Of a stretch of DNA of 64,000 nt, positions 38,261-52,100 are shown in pieces; within the stretch, counting starts at the first letter, position 1; every line of letters begins with the position of its first letter. The position numbers and the translations under genes were made by a program. This DNA comes from Octopus sinensis (lineage: Eukaryota). The stretch lies in the NCBI RefSeq assembly GCF_006345805.1, contig NC_043002.1, forward strand, positions 14,260,001-14,324,000, given 5' to 3'. The notes beneath the pieces were generated by a model that worked only from the letters and a program-made list of their open reading frames with translations, was not told the DNA's origin and made no database searches.

Positions 38261-39554
38261 GTACAGAGCCTCTCCTGCAGCTGTATATCCATCTGTCTAT
38301 CTATCTTTCTATCATCTATAAATTTAGGCACAAATTATCTTCACGAATGACATACGAAAAATTGCCCGTGTAGCTGTGCAGTTTCAAAATATTTAATCCT
38401 AAATGTATAAATGTAAGTGTTTATTGGATTTTTACTGTGCTGTAGTTGTCTTGCATTTGTTTTGAGTACCAACGACATATCGATCAGTTTATTTATCGTC
38501 CTACTATAATTCTTTCTACTTTAATTCCCATGAATTATAATGTAGTTTTTTTGTTGCGAATTGCTGTGATTTATGTAATTTTTGAAGTTTTTGTTTTTAA
38601 AAACTATTTTGACTTGTCAGTTTATGATTAGGCTCATAATGGAAATTATAACTACACATGAATTTACTATTTATTTCGGACCTTTTCTTAAGCTGTCATC
38701 GTTTTAAATCTTTAAAATTAATTTTGTTTCAATTCTTTTGACATTTGGTGTACTATTGTAGTTTATTATGCTACATATGGAAATGAAATCACTTTTGCCG
38801 TAAATAAAGAATTTAAAGTTTACCAATTTTGGGTAATTTTAGCGAAACGAAAGCTACAGACATCGTGGTATATGTTTCTATAGTAACAAGGCATATACTC
38901 AGCATAAGCAACTACAACCACTTGCTGGTTCCGTTTCTTAGGCTTACGCATGCTATTGGGATGAAAATTGAACAAAAATGATTATTTTTCGATTTACTTT
39001 CCGGCTGGAAGGAAATGTTGATCTTGGAGAAAATTTGAACTCGTAGCACAATGAGTCGGAACTCATAGCACGTGACTATTCTCTCCAAACTTCTAATGAT
39101 TCGGCTAAATAGTAATTCTTATCTTCCGATCGAGCCAAGACAAATTCATTTCCATTATTGAAATTGAAATTGCTGATACAAACTGTCGGTTTGATACAAA
39201 CCTCTGCTAAAAACGTTAACATTTCGATGCAAATGGATCACACTATTCCTTATTTATTGGACTTTTAGAATTTCTGTCAAAAGACATAATGACCATGTCT
39301 TTCTAGACACTGCTGTTAATATATTTTAGCATGCAATCACGTGTTTTAGCTGTCGCAGTATTTTCATTAAAAAAAAGAAAACTTCGGAGGCGTATATTGT
39401 TGTGGTAACCTGTTAATGTTTGAGAAATGTAAGATTTTCACTGCTACTGCAGGCTATTAAACTGTGTGAGAAACTTATGGCGATATCCTAATGTTGCTTC
39501 ATCTAATATACTGGAAAAAATCGTGTTGGATGTATTTGAACTTTCGGGAACTTT

Positions 39555-39975
39555 AGGCGTAGGAGTGACTGTGTGGTAAGTTAGCTTGCTAACGAACCAC
39601 ATGATTCCGGGTTCAGTCCCACTGCGTGGCACCTTTGGCACGTATCTTCCACTATGGCCTGGGGCCGACCAAAGCCTTGTGAGTGAATTTGGTAGACGGA
39701 AACTGAAAGAAGCCCGTCGTATATATATATATTTATATATGTGTGTGTTTATGTGTGTGTATATGTTTTTATGTTTGTGTTTGTCCCCCAACATCGCTTG
39801 GCAACCGATACTGGTGTGTTTACGTCGCCGTAACTTAGCAGTTCGGCAGTAGAGACTGATAGAATAAGTTCTAGGCTTACAAAGAATAAGTCCTGGGGTC
39901 GATTTGGTCGATTAAATGCAGTGCTCTAGCATGGCCACAGTCAAATGACTGAAACAAGTTAAAGCGTAAAGAGTA
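39555..39975 (+). mobile_element. SINE family A
   Basis: Same head, internal (TA)/(TG) tract and tail. Confidence 0.85.
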
Positions 39976-41680
39976 AACTAATTGATTTCAGTGTGTGTAT
40001 ACATATTCTGTCAACATTAAAAAATTGAACGTCGGCTTTTGAGGATATTCTAGTAATCCTGAAAATGCTCTTACCATCCCTCAATGAATTTATCCCTGCA
40101 ACAAAGAAATTTTAGTCGGCGTAGAAAGATCTTTGAACACAATTATACTTGTAAAATTTCAATGCGCAAATTTTTCCGCCGCATAACTTTTTTAATACCT
40201 AATCATTAGTATGTATACTGAGTTTAGGTCTGGTCTACTCGTGACAAACGCAGTGTCTGAAAAGCTATAGAAACGGGCGTAATTATGTCTCAGTAAGAGA
40301 GTTTAATGAACGTGGAGGCATTGCTGTCTGAAAGGAATAATTACAAATTATGGGTTCATAATCATTGAAAATTTTGCAATAATTCAACATGTATTAAATT
40401 TGATATCAGGGGGAGTCAGGACGACTTTCTTCAAAAATAAAAATATATATAACAGTATCGAAAGATATTCAAGCATTTATATCTCGTTAAAATTCAGTGA
40501 AACTAAACAGGGATAATATCTGCTATTAATATCTTGAACTGAATTTATAGTTCAACCTTTTGGCTAAATATTGATTCCCTAACGAATACTCATTCTTTGA
40601 AAAACAATAATGAGCTTATTGTGTATAGTACTCAAGTGCATTATAACTCGTAGGTAAGGTTGAAAGAGGGAAAGTTGCTAGAATTAAAGTATACAAGAAC
40701 GGCAATGAATGATAGTAATGCCTGGACAATAGACAGAATAAAACACAAAAGTCACAAATGTGAATATTTAAAGAACCATACGGAAGACAGTATGAATAGG
40801 CACATCATCACTGGTTTTGGTGAATTTCCGGATATATGGAACTTTTGAAGGTTGAAGTGTCTTCATAGCTAACAACATATTCCACTAGTTCTTCCATTTT
40901 TTCACAATTCTGAAAAGTATTCTTAAGTGTATACTACGTCTCCAAAATAAAAGAAAGAAAAATATAATTAATTACTATTATAATATAAGAAGCTTTACGT
41001 ACACGCACGAAAACATATTTTTAAAAGTCACACCAAATAACTTATACGATGGCCACAAACTGAACAAATGTCAAAATTTATAATTGTTTAACCTCAATAT
41101 GCTATTAGTGCAAATGTACTAGTGACCAACTTAAGAAAACTAAATATATTATGATTAATATTATATATAGTATCGATAGTAGTTCGACTTAATTTTAATA
41201 ACATTAGGAAAACTAGACAATATCAGGTGATGTGTATCTGCATATTTGGAAATGAAACATTATTCCACTGTCTCTGATCAATACAACTACGGCATAAGCA
41301 GTAGCCTTAAAAATATTTAAAACACTGGGAATAAATTACTGAATAGAGCTAACACTTAACTAATACAAAATATTTTAGATTTTCTTTCGGCAAAACGACC
41401 AATAATCACATCCTCCGCACCGGCATTTTCAAATTGAAGGTTACTAAACATCCATCAGACAAACCATCGGCCACAGTTACTACTTTCTCTTCTCTGTCTG
41501 TCTCTCTCTCTCTCTGTCACATGTGTGAGTATACATGTGTACGTATGTGTATATGTATGCGTATAAACGCATACATGTGTTTGAAAATGTAGTAAATACA
41601 TACATACACACACACACACATACACCCACATATATATGCTAATATGACACTGTGTGTAGGTGTAATAACTATATATATTC

Positions 41681-41721
<41 letters not shown>

Positions 41722-42370
41722 CACGCACACACACACACACGCACACATATATATGTACGGCGGTATTCTTTCGGTTTCACTCTACCAAATTCACTCACAA
41801 GACTTTGGTCGGCCCGAGGTTATAGTAGAAGACACTTGCTCAAGGTGCCACACAGTGGGACTGAGCCCGGAACCATAAATTTGCGAAGCAACCTTCTTAC
41901 CACACAGCCACTGTTGCGCCTACATACCTTTTTTATACATGTATATATGTATGCGTGTGCGTGCGTATGTACATATATTTCTGTGCATGTATATGCATGT
42001 ATTGTGTGTCTCTTTATGTGTATGTATATACGTCTGCACGTATGCAAGCACATGCAGGTATGTCTATGGAACGTCTCTACACGTCAGCGTCTGAATTCCT
42101 TTCTCGCTCGCATCACCATTTTCTTCTTTGTGTTTCTCAATATACTGAAAATCATTTAGTTTTTTACTATGATATATGTACGTATGTGTGTATGTGTGTG
42201 TGTGTGCATGTGTGTGTGTGTATTGCAACGATGGAGATTTTTTCTTTTTAGGAACTAGCTCCTGCTTCAGAAAACGAATTTAAATAATCGAAAACAGAAC
42301 AGAAACATACACACTTACAGAGTGTATATACACATACATGTATACACCTACAGCTGCATAAAGGTATAAA

Positions 42371-42597
42371 GCTGGCAGAAACGTGAGCACGCCGGGCGAA
42401 ATGCTTAACAGTATTTCGTCTGCCACTACGTTCCGAGTTCAAATTCCGCCGAGGTCGACTTTGCCTTTCATCCTTTCGGTGTCGATTAAATAAGTACCAG
42501 TTATGCACAGGGGTCGATATAATCGACTGAATCCGTTTGTCTGTCCTTGTCTGTCCTCTCTGTGTTTAGCCCCTTGTGGGTCGTAAAGAAATAGGTA
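42371..42597 (+). mobile_element. SINE family B (duplicated at 44471-44700)
   Basis: GGCAGAAACG.GAGCACGCCGGGCGAAATGCTTA...GAGTTCAAATTCCGCCGAGGTCGACTTTGCC...AAAGAAATAGG. Confidence 0.8.
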
Positions 42598-42728
42598 TAT
42601 ATTTACACACAAAGCATACACACAAATGCATATATACGCACAAAAATACATGGGCGCACACATGCACACACATACATATATTCATTCATATATACAAAAA
42701 ACAAAATTATATATATATATATATATAT

Positions 42729-43139
42729 AGGCGCAGGAGTGGCTGTGTGGTAAGTAGCTTGCTAACCAACCACATGGTTCCGGGTTCAGTCCCACTGCGT
42801 GGCATCTTGGGCAAGTGTCTTCTGGTATAGCCCCGGGCCGACCAATGTCTTGTGAGTCGATTTGGTAGACAGAAACTGAAAGAAGCCTGTCGTATATATG
42901 TATATATATATAAGTGTGTGTGTATATGTTTGTGTGTCTGTGTTTGTCCCCCTAGTATTGCTTGGCAACCGATGCTGGTGTGTTTACGTCCACGTCACCT
43001 AGCGGTTCGGCAAAAGACACCGATAAAATAAATACTGGGCTTACAAAGAATAAGTCCCGGGGTCGATTTGCTCGACTAAAGGCGGTGCTCCAGCATGGCC
43101 GCAGTCAAATGACCGAAAGAAGTAAAAGAGTAAAGAGTA
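42729..43139 (+). mobile_element. SINE family A (duplicated at 44840-45250)
   Basis: Full-length copy; head-only minus-strand copies at 41755-41921 and 43863-44029. Confidence 0.85.
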
Positions 43140-43768
43140 TGTATGTACTCGTGTGCGAGAGCGAATAAAATAGAGCTCAGCACACGCACACACACAGACA
43201 TACACGCACACACACGTACACCCACTATCTCGTACATACATACATTGTACGTGTGTGTGTTTCCCTTTAACTCAAACATGGAAGCAATAGGCGCGTGTGT
43301 GCTTGAGTGTGTGTGCGCGCGAAAGAGTACGTACCACTCATTACCTCCCCCACTGACTTCAAAGCAAATGTTGGTTTTAGCAGGACATGAAAACGAAAGT
43401 AAATAAATAAAAATTCTTTACGGAAATTGCCGAACAATCAGATGGAAAAAAATGGCAAGTTCGAGACCTTGGTCGAAAGATCCCTACATCACAATGTATA
43501 ATGGTTTGTAATGAATATTTGTAGCGACACGGATGAATTAAATTTGCATGGGAACTCCATTAGGCATTAATATAGTGTAAAATGCATGTTAAATTATTTG
43601 AAAGAACTATGAATCATATTCAGGCCATACGAAAGGTATAAAATAACCGCGACCTACTTATGCTTTTATTCTCATTTTACCAAATTATATTTGGTAATCA
43701 AATATAATTGCGTAAATTTTGGTACCTTTTACAGATGTTACAAGGTGAAATTTCGGCTATATATTATG

Positions 43769-43829
<61 letters not shown>

Positions 43830-44805
43830 CACGCACACACACACACACGCACACATATATATGTACGGCGGTATTCTTTCGGTTTCACTCTACCAATTCA
43901 CTCACAAGACTTTGGTCGGCCCGAGGTTATAGTAGAAGACACTTGCTCAAGGTGCCACACAGTGGGACTGAGCCCGGAACCATAAATTTGCGAAGCAACC
44001 TTCTTACCACACAGCCACTGTTGCGCCTACATACCTTTTTTATACATGTATATATGTATGCGTGTGCGTGCGTATGTACATATATTTCTGTGCATGTATA
44101 TGCATGTATTGTGTGTCTCTTTATGTGTATGTATATACGTCTGCACGTATGCAAGCACATGCAGGTATGTCTATGGAACGTCTCTACACGTCAGCGTCTG
44201 AATTCCTTTCTCGCTCGCATCACCATTTTCTTCTTTGTGTTTCTCAATATACTGAAAATCATTTAGTTTTTTACTATGATATATGTACGTATGTGTGTAT
44301 GTGTGTGTGCATGTGTGTGTGTGTATTGCAACGATGGAGATTTTTTCTTTTTAGGAACTAGCTCCTGCTTCAGAAAACGAATTTAAATAATCGAAAACAG
44401 AACAGAAACATACACACTTACAGAGTGTATATACACATACATGTATACACCTACAGCTGCATAAAGGTATAAAGCTGGCAGAAACGTGAGCACGCCGGGC
44501 GAAATGCTTAACAGTATTTCGTCTGCCACTACGTTCCGAGTTCAAATTCCGCCGAGGTCGACTTTGCCTTTCATCCTTTCGGTGTCGATTAAATAAGTAC
44601 CAGTTATGCACTGGGGTCGATATAATCAACTTAATCCGTTTGTCTGTCCTTGTCTGTCCTCTCTGTGTTTAGCCCCTTGTGGGTCGTAAAGAAATAGGTA
44701 TATATTTACACGCAAAGCATACACACAAATGCATATATACGCACAAAAATACATGGGCGCACACATGCACCCACATACATATATTCATTCATATATACAA
44801 AAAAC

Positions 44806-44842
<37 letters not shown>

Positions 44843-45879
44843 CGCAGGAGTGGCTGTGTGGTAAGTAGCTTGCTAACCAACCACATGGTTCCGGGTTCAG
44901 TCCCACTGCGTGGCATCTTGGGCAAGTGTCTTCTGGTATAGCCCCGGGCCGACCAATGTCTTGTGAGTCGATTTGGTAGACAGAAACTGAAAGAAGCCTG
45001 TCGTATATATGTATATATATATAAGTGTGTGTGTATATGTTTGTGTGTCTGTGTTTGTCCCCCTAGTATTGCTTGACAACCGATGCTGGTGTGTTTACGT
45101 CCACGTCACTTAGCGGTTCGGCAAAAGAGACCGATAAAATAAATACTGGGCTTACAAAGAATAAGTCCCGGGGTCGATTTGCTCGACTAAAGGCGGTGCT
45201 CCAGCATGGCCGCAGTCAAATGACCGAAAGAAGTAAAAGAGTAAAGAGTATGTATGTACTCGTGTGCGAGAGCGAATAAAATAGAGCTCAGCACACGCAC
45301 ACACACAGACATACACGCACACACACGTACACCCACTATCTCGTACATACATACATTGTACGTGTGTGTGTTTCCCTTTAACTCAAACATGGAAGCAATA
45401 GGCGCGTGTGTGCTTGAGTGTGTGTGCGCGCGAGAGAGTACGTACCACTCATTACCTCCCCCACTGACTTCAAAGCAAATGTTGGTTTTAGCAGGACATG
45501 AAAACGAAAGTAAATAAATAAAAATTCTTTACGGAAATTGCCGAACAATCAGATGGAAAAAAATGGCAAGTTCGAGACCTTGGTCGAAAGATCCCTACAT
45601 CACAATGTATAATGGTTTGTAATGAATATTTGTAGCGACACGGATGAATTAAATTTGCATGGGAACTCCATTAGGCATTAATATAGTGTAAAATGCATGT
45701 TAAATTATTTGAAAGAACTATGAATCATATTCAGGCCATACGAAAGGTATAAAATAACCGCGACCTACTTATGCTTTTATTCTCATTTTACCAAATTATA
45801 TTTGGTAATCAAATATAATTGCGTAAATTTTGGTACCTTTTACAGATGTTACAAGGTGAAATTTCGGCTATATATTATG

Positions 45880-45931
<52 letters not shown>

Positions 45932-45936
<5 letters not shown>

Positions 45937-46145
45937 ATCCAAACATGAACAAAGAGAACACACCACAACGCGAGGACGTAGAACATGTATAGTGTTACTG
46001 GACGCTCAAGAAAGGAAAGAAAGAAGGAGCATTTAACGTTTCGAGCGGAGCTCTTCGTCAGAAACATACGAAAAGGAAAGATCCAAGGAAGGGAAGACGG
46101 AGGAAAACAAATCGCCAATGGTACACACGCGGTCACATTTTGAAC
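45932..46145 (-). mobile_element. ~215-bp element with minimal hammerhead (46031-46065), 3' end on (TA)n
   Basis: Minus strand GTTT-CTGACGA-A-GAG[CTCCG]CTC-GAAA-CG-TT-AAAT; ends GGATTAACT + (AT)n. Confidence 0.75.
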
Positions 46146-46162
46146 GCATACACACACACACA

Positions 46163-46212
<50 letters not shown>

Positions 46213-47206
46213 CATACACACATACACACACACATATATGGAGTACAGAAACGAAATCATTTACTTGAGGACAACGGACGTTGGAATGAGAATCTGCATG
46301 TAAAGAAAACTGTTAAACCAAGTCCATATGTATGTAACTTATAATTACATATCCATAACATTATTCAAGATAATTAAATCTAAATCCCAAGTTTAACAAC
46401 ATTGTTTGCCTATCTGAAGCATTTAATTAGTCATATCATTGTAGCTAATTCCCTTCGGTGGCTGTTTCTTTTAGTATAAACATGCTGAAGCGATTTTCTG
46501 TGATCTAATTGAAAAGTTTAACCGCAAATATTGAATGCTTTCCAGTGCCGTATAACAAACGCTTATGTAACACTCAAACCTAACAGAAGCTCATGGTGAT
46601 GCAACCCACAACAAATGCAATTGAATTAATTCTACCTGCGATTCTTACATTGAAACGAACTTGTTAAGACCTGTCTCGTAATGTAATGCATATTGTGCAA
46701 GTCAAACTATTGATAGAGCAGTATTTCTCAGAATAATTTCAGCACCTGAAATTATTCAGATTTTCAACATATATTTCTTAACTGATTTCGCAATCATTAG
46801 GCGTATCAAGAAATAATTTGGTTGTTAATTTCTAGACACAAGGACCACTATTCTAATTTAGATTTATTGATACGATTAGTCGAAACACTGCGGTATCTGA
46901 AATTCCTTACGTCAATGGACTGCATATGCTACGAACACACAGTCTAAAGTGTGTTGTTCACGAAGATGAAATACAAAAGCGCCAATATATTCAAGTTCGA
47001 ATCTGTCAGAACCAAGAGAACGCGAAGGAATACATCATTGTTTATATTCTCACTATTTTCCACGCACATAATGAATTGTTATTACTTTTGAAGACATCAG
47101 GACGTACCAACAAATAATTTGTTTGCTGGTTTCTACACAAAAACACTTATCTCATTCAGGTTTATTGATCCGGTGCACTTTCTAAATCATATTTCACTCA
47201 CTATAT

Positions 47207-47255
<49 letters not shown>

Positions 47256-47494
47256 TTATCTTGTCTGTAATAGATTTGTGACTTTTCGGTGGTACAGAAG
47301 TATTTTTGACTTCTATCATTAGCGATATAGGTACTCATGTAGTACCCTTGTGTATATATGTACATATCTAATATTACGTATATATTTTATTAATTTATCT
47401 ATACGGCTGATAATTCACTTAGCACTTGCGATGGTATTTTAATAATACCATCCCTATATATATATGTATATATATGTATGTGTGTGTGTGTATT

Positions 47495-47625
47495 TCATTT
47501 CTATTCTCTTATTTTTCTTTTTACCTCCTATATCCTTCCTTTTCCAAAAAAACTCTTTATATTGAACCCTACTATTTCCCTCTAGTTAACTCTCTCATAT
47601 AGCCTCTGATGAAGGGATATCCCTA
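47495..47625 (+). mobile_element. Pyrimidine-rich fragment ending in a half hammerhead cut off by (TA)n
   Basis: GCCT-CTGATGA(47606)-AGGGA[TA]TCCCT then (AT)n where GAAA would be. Confidence 0.45.
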
Positions 47626-48359
47626 ATATATATATATATATATATATATATACACTCGCAAACGTACGCATACTTTTATACACATACAAACATTTGCAAA
47701 TTACAAATACTTCTTGAAAGCGGAACTGTAATATCACGGAAGACTAGTCAGAAGTTCACAAGTTCAAAATGAGAAAATTGGTTTTGTTGTCCAAATTTCA
47801 AGGATAAAAACTGGCATCGTTGTTAGAAATAAAAAAAATATTTTCTTACAGGAAGACATCAAATAATTCATTGTGGAAGAAAAAACACACACACACACAA
47901 ATATACTCATATACTCTTTTCTCTCTCTCAAATTGGAATAAGCTTGTACATTTTTCTATCGCTATAATTTCCTGCTATATAATTATTTTATTTATCTTAC
48001 CCATATATTTTCTTTTTTCCTTTGAATCATTAATCTCTACTTCTTTTCACTTGTGATATTTTCTTTTCCTATTACATTCTAGATTTATCCTTTTCTTTTT
48101 TTTTCGCATTAGTTTTGTTTACGTGTATAACAATAGGGTTTATATCATTTGTGACTATTACTTCTAATTTATTGACCAATAAATACTTTAAATTATTGCT
48201 TCTCTTGTAATTGTTGCTGCTTTTTTCTCCTCTTTGTAGCAATAGCATTTTCTTTTCCGTTAGATTTTGCGTTCTTTCCTTCGCTCCCCCAGTCCCACTC
48301 AAACCAGACCTCAGTAGATGGAATCTACCTCAACAGAATAACTGACTATTGGTCTATAA

Positions 48360-49175
48360 ATGTAGACTCTTCTACTCTAGGCACAAGGCCAGAAATTTTG
48401 AGCGAAGGGGCCAGTCAATTAGATAGACCTAAGTATGCAACTACTATATAATTTATCGACCCCAAAAGGATGAAAGGCAAAGTCGACCTCGACGGAATTT
48501 GAACTCAGAACGTAAAGACAGACGAAATACCTATTTCTTTACTACCCACAAGGGGCTAAACACAGAGGGAACAAACAAGGACAGACAAAGGTATTAAGTC
48601 GATTACATCAACCCCAGTGCGTAACTGGTACTTAATTTATTAACCCCGACAGGATGAAAGGCAAAGTCGATCTCGGCGGAATTTGAACTCACAACGTAAC
48701 GGCAGACGAAATACCGCTAAGTATGTCGCCCGGCATGCTAACATTTCTGTCAACTCGCCACCTTAAGCGAAATATTATTTTCTACTCTAGGCCCAAGGCC
48801 GGAAATTTTAGGGGAGGCGGCCAGTCGATTAGATCGACCCAGTGCGCAACTGGTACTTAATTTATCGACCTCGAAAGGCTGCAAGATAAAGTTGACCTCA
48901 GTGGAATTTGAACTTAGAACGTAAAGACAGCCGAAATACCTATTCCTTTACTACCCATAAGGGGCTAAACACAGAGAGGACAAACAAGGACAGACAAACG
49001 GATTAAGTCGATTATATCGACCCCAGTGCGTAACTGGTACTTATTTAATCGACCGCGAAAGGATGAAAGGCAAAATTGACCTCGGCGGAATTTGAACTCA
49101 GAACATAAAGACAGGCGAAATACTGCTAAGCATTTCGCCCGGCGTGCTAACATTTCTGCCAGCTCGCAGCCTTAA
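48360..49175 (-). mobile_element. SINE family B, multimodular tandem
   Basis: GGATGAAAGGCAAAGTCGACCTCG.CGGAATTTGAACTCAGAACGTAA module recurs four times. Confidence 0.85.
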
Positions 49176-52100
49176 TCACATTATATTATACAATTAATCC
49201 AGCTTACTGTTAATAGGGCACATACGGTACCGATGGCCTCGGTCTTTTATGAGAAAATTTGGGAAACGTTATCCAGCTTTTCTTTCCGTTAAATCAGAGA
49301 ATTGAAGTTAGAAGTGTGTATAAGTTTCATTAACTTACGTCATCGGCAAGAAAAATGCGCTGTTTACTATGCATGAGTCGCGAAATACAGCAAAAAATCT
49401 GCTAATTTTCTGCCAAAAGTTCCTAAATAAAGTCTCGAAAAATAATTGTTTATAACAATGAAGGTAATTGATATGTACAAAATGTGTGCTCCTGGCAAAT
49501 ATCATTATTCCAATGAATCTGGATCACAATACATTTAAAAAGACATGAGATGTCTGTTCAGAATCCTTTCGTATGTAAACCATGAGAGTGTACACAACTG
49601 GTCTATTTGCCAGAGCAAGCATTGCCATCAAGTTCAATTTATTGAGTCAATGTAATCTCGGTGTCTTCGACATGTTTATCACTTGAATGAAAGCCATATT
49701 CCAAAATACTCTGTTCTATGTTGAGCTGATTTTGTTTCTAGAAGCAAATGTCGGCCGCACAGGATATGTTTTTGTATTGCAACATGAGATTCTTCAGCAT
49801 ATTGAATTGGGAATTATTCACACACGATGGTACACATCGAACTTACAAGACTTACATAACTATCTAGACTAAGTAATATATTCTTATAGAAATTCCCTAA
49901 AGAACCATATAAGAATCAATAGTCATTGTATGATGACCAAAGATTGGGCATCGTAGTTAATTCAGATATTTCCATTTCTCATCTCTTCATTTACCAGCCT
50001 CAAAAACACCATCAAAACCACTACACACTACCCTACTTACCGGAAAATCACTTTTCGCAGACTCAAAGAATTACAAATGTTACCTACATATTTTAACTAA
50101 TTATATGTCGCCATCAATTAGCAAAATTGTTACGGTTCCGGACATAATACTTAACTGCATGTTTTCGAACTTTACGTTCAAATTTTAAAAGCCACCGATG
50201 TCATCATTGGCTATCATCCTTTCGAGGTCGACAAAATAAGTACCAGTTGTGTACTAGGGTCAATGTAATCGATCAACCACTCCCCTTAACATTGATGGTA
50301 TTGTGCCAAAACTTGAAACGATTATATATCTCTTGTACAATATTTATAAAGATCTTTTTTTCATTTCCCAACTTTTTTTCCTATTCACTTGAATTATATC
50401 AACACACCGGCGTAGCTTAGATTACATCTAGAAAATTTTAAATCATTCAATGCGGTTTTAACATGAAATTAATCTAATTCTTCTTTTCAGTCATCTTAGC
50501 ATACTCCTAAATAAATATCAGTCTTCAGACTTACAAAGTTAAGCCTCATTAAAACTGATCTTCTGATTAATTTGGTATAAATTTCAATTAATTTGGTTAG
50601 GATTTCAATTAACTTAAAGTTTTTGAATTAATTTAATTCCATTTTTAATCAACTAAGCATGCTTGTAAAGAATTGGTAATCCGTAGAGCTCACGGATTGC
50701 AATAGTGTGAACTTAGTTTAATGTTTTTACATAAACAATTAGAAATACTTAATGATATCAGTTACGTCTTCTATGTAACTTAAGTACTTTATAACCCGCC
50801 TATATAATAACCAGATATCGCAATTGTTCGTTTATTTAAGTAAGTTGTACATTAAAATTGTCGGCTTCAGTAAACATATGTAAATGTTGTTCTCAATCCT
50901 TTTCGTAAACATAGCATTGTGTTTAAATATATCTTTAATAAATAATTAATGATAACTTAACCAACGTTCGTTATCTTCTATAATGCTTTAATGCTAAAGT
51001 GGTTGAAGATAGACTTAGTTAAAAAAAAACGAAACAAAAAAATAAGCAAGTATGTGAGGTAATATCGCAGCAATCGTAAGTGTAAAACTGTTTAGTTTGC
51101 GGTTTGTTGACAAAATATAATCGATATACTCGGCTGGATTCAAATCTGAACTGTTTCTCGCCAGAGAATGAAGCAGCCTGATGAGCCCTCGGAAAGAAAT
51201 TTATTTGAAAGCTGCATGGAATCACTATATATGAATGGAATATTGTTCGAGCGAATCGTTAAAATATCATTATCAATAAATGTTTGCTAATAGTCATTAT
51301 ATATATTTGCATCCGGTGGTTATGAATTAACTTTCTATGTCTAAGACAAATCAACCCTTCAGAAAGATTCGTTTCGTTGTCTCTTCAGAGATGAAAATGG
51401 TGAATTTTGTTTACAATTGTTGATGAGAAATGTTTATTTTCTGCAACATTACAGCCGCAACAATAACGGATTTGGTTCAATTGAAAATTAAATAACTAAC
51501 ATGAATAATTTCGCTTATATATTTGGCTTGCAAGATTCTTTATGTGAATTCGTGTGTTGAAACAAGTTTTGTCGGGTTTTGGGAGAGTCAATACACCAAT
51601 AATAATAAACACACACAGTTTCAGCATCACACATTCATTACTAGCCAATCTATTAAATATCGGACCAATTAATAATCAATCGTTCAATAAATGTGTTGGC
51701 TAAACAATCGCTTGTTTGTTTGTCAGAATCCTTTCGTTGCTATTCACGACCACATCAATAACATACCCTCACAATTCCAGGTCTGCCTTGAGTCTCTAAG
51801 AATTAGTATTATGCTTGTGTGTATGTATATATGCATGTATAGGATTATGTGGATGTGTCGTCGATGATAAAACATGCGAAGGGTGAGAATAAACGAAGAA
51901 TATATGTGTGTGTGTGCGTGTGGTTGTGTGTGAACACCATCGTGCCGGGTTTTTTTCGTATGTTTGTGAGTGTCTGCGTTGAACATATTTGTAACGTTTG
52001 ATTGGACAACCCTTTTGTTTACGCTTTGTTCGATTTCCTGGGATTAGCCGGTCATCTCATAAAGATTTAAGTATGTAGTCCCTCATTTAGGGAGGGTATG

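Larger units (their letters stand above)
41690..45900 (+). repeat. Near-identical direct tandem duplication, period ~2108 bp, junctions in (TA)n
   Basis: 41707 matches 43815 onward; about ten substitutions plus microsatellite length differences. Confidence 0.93.

Noticed and set aside
51172-51216. GCAGC-CTGATGA...GAAA-GCTGC hammerhead-like pattern
   Set aside because: No NUH triplet or helix III and no convincing helix II; probably chance or far decayed.
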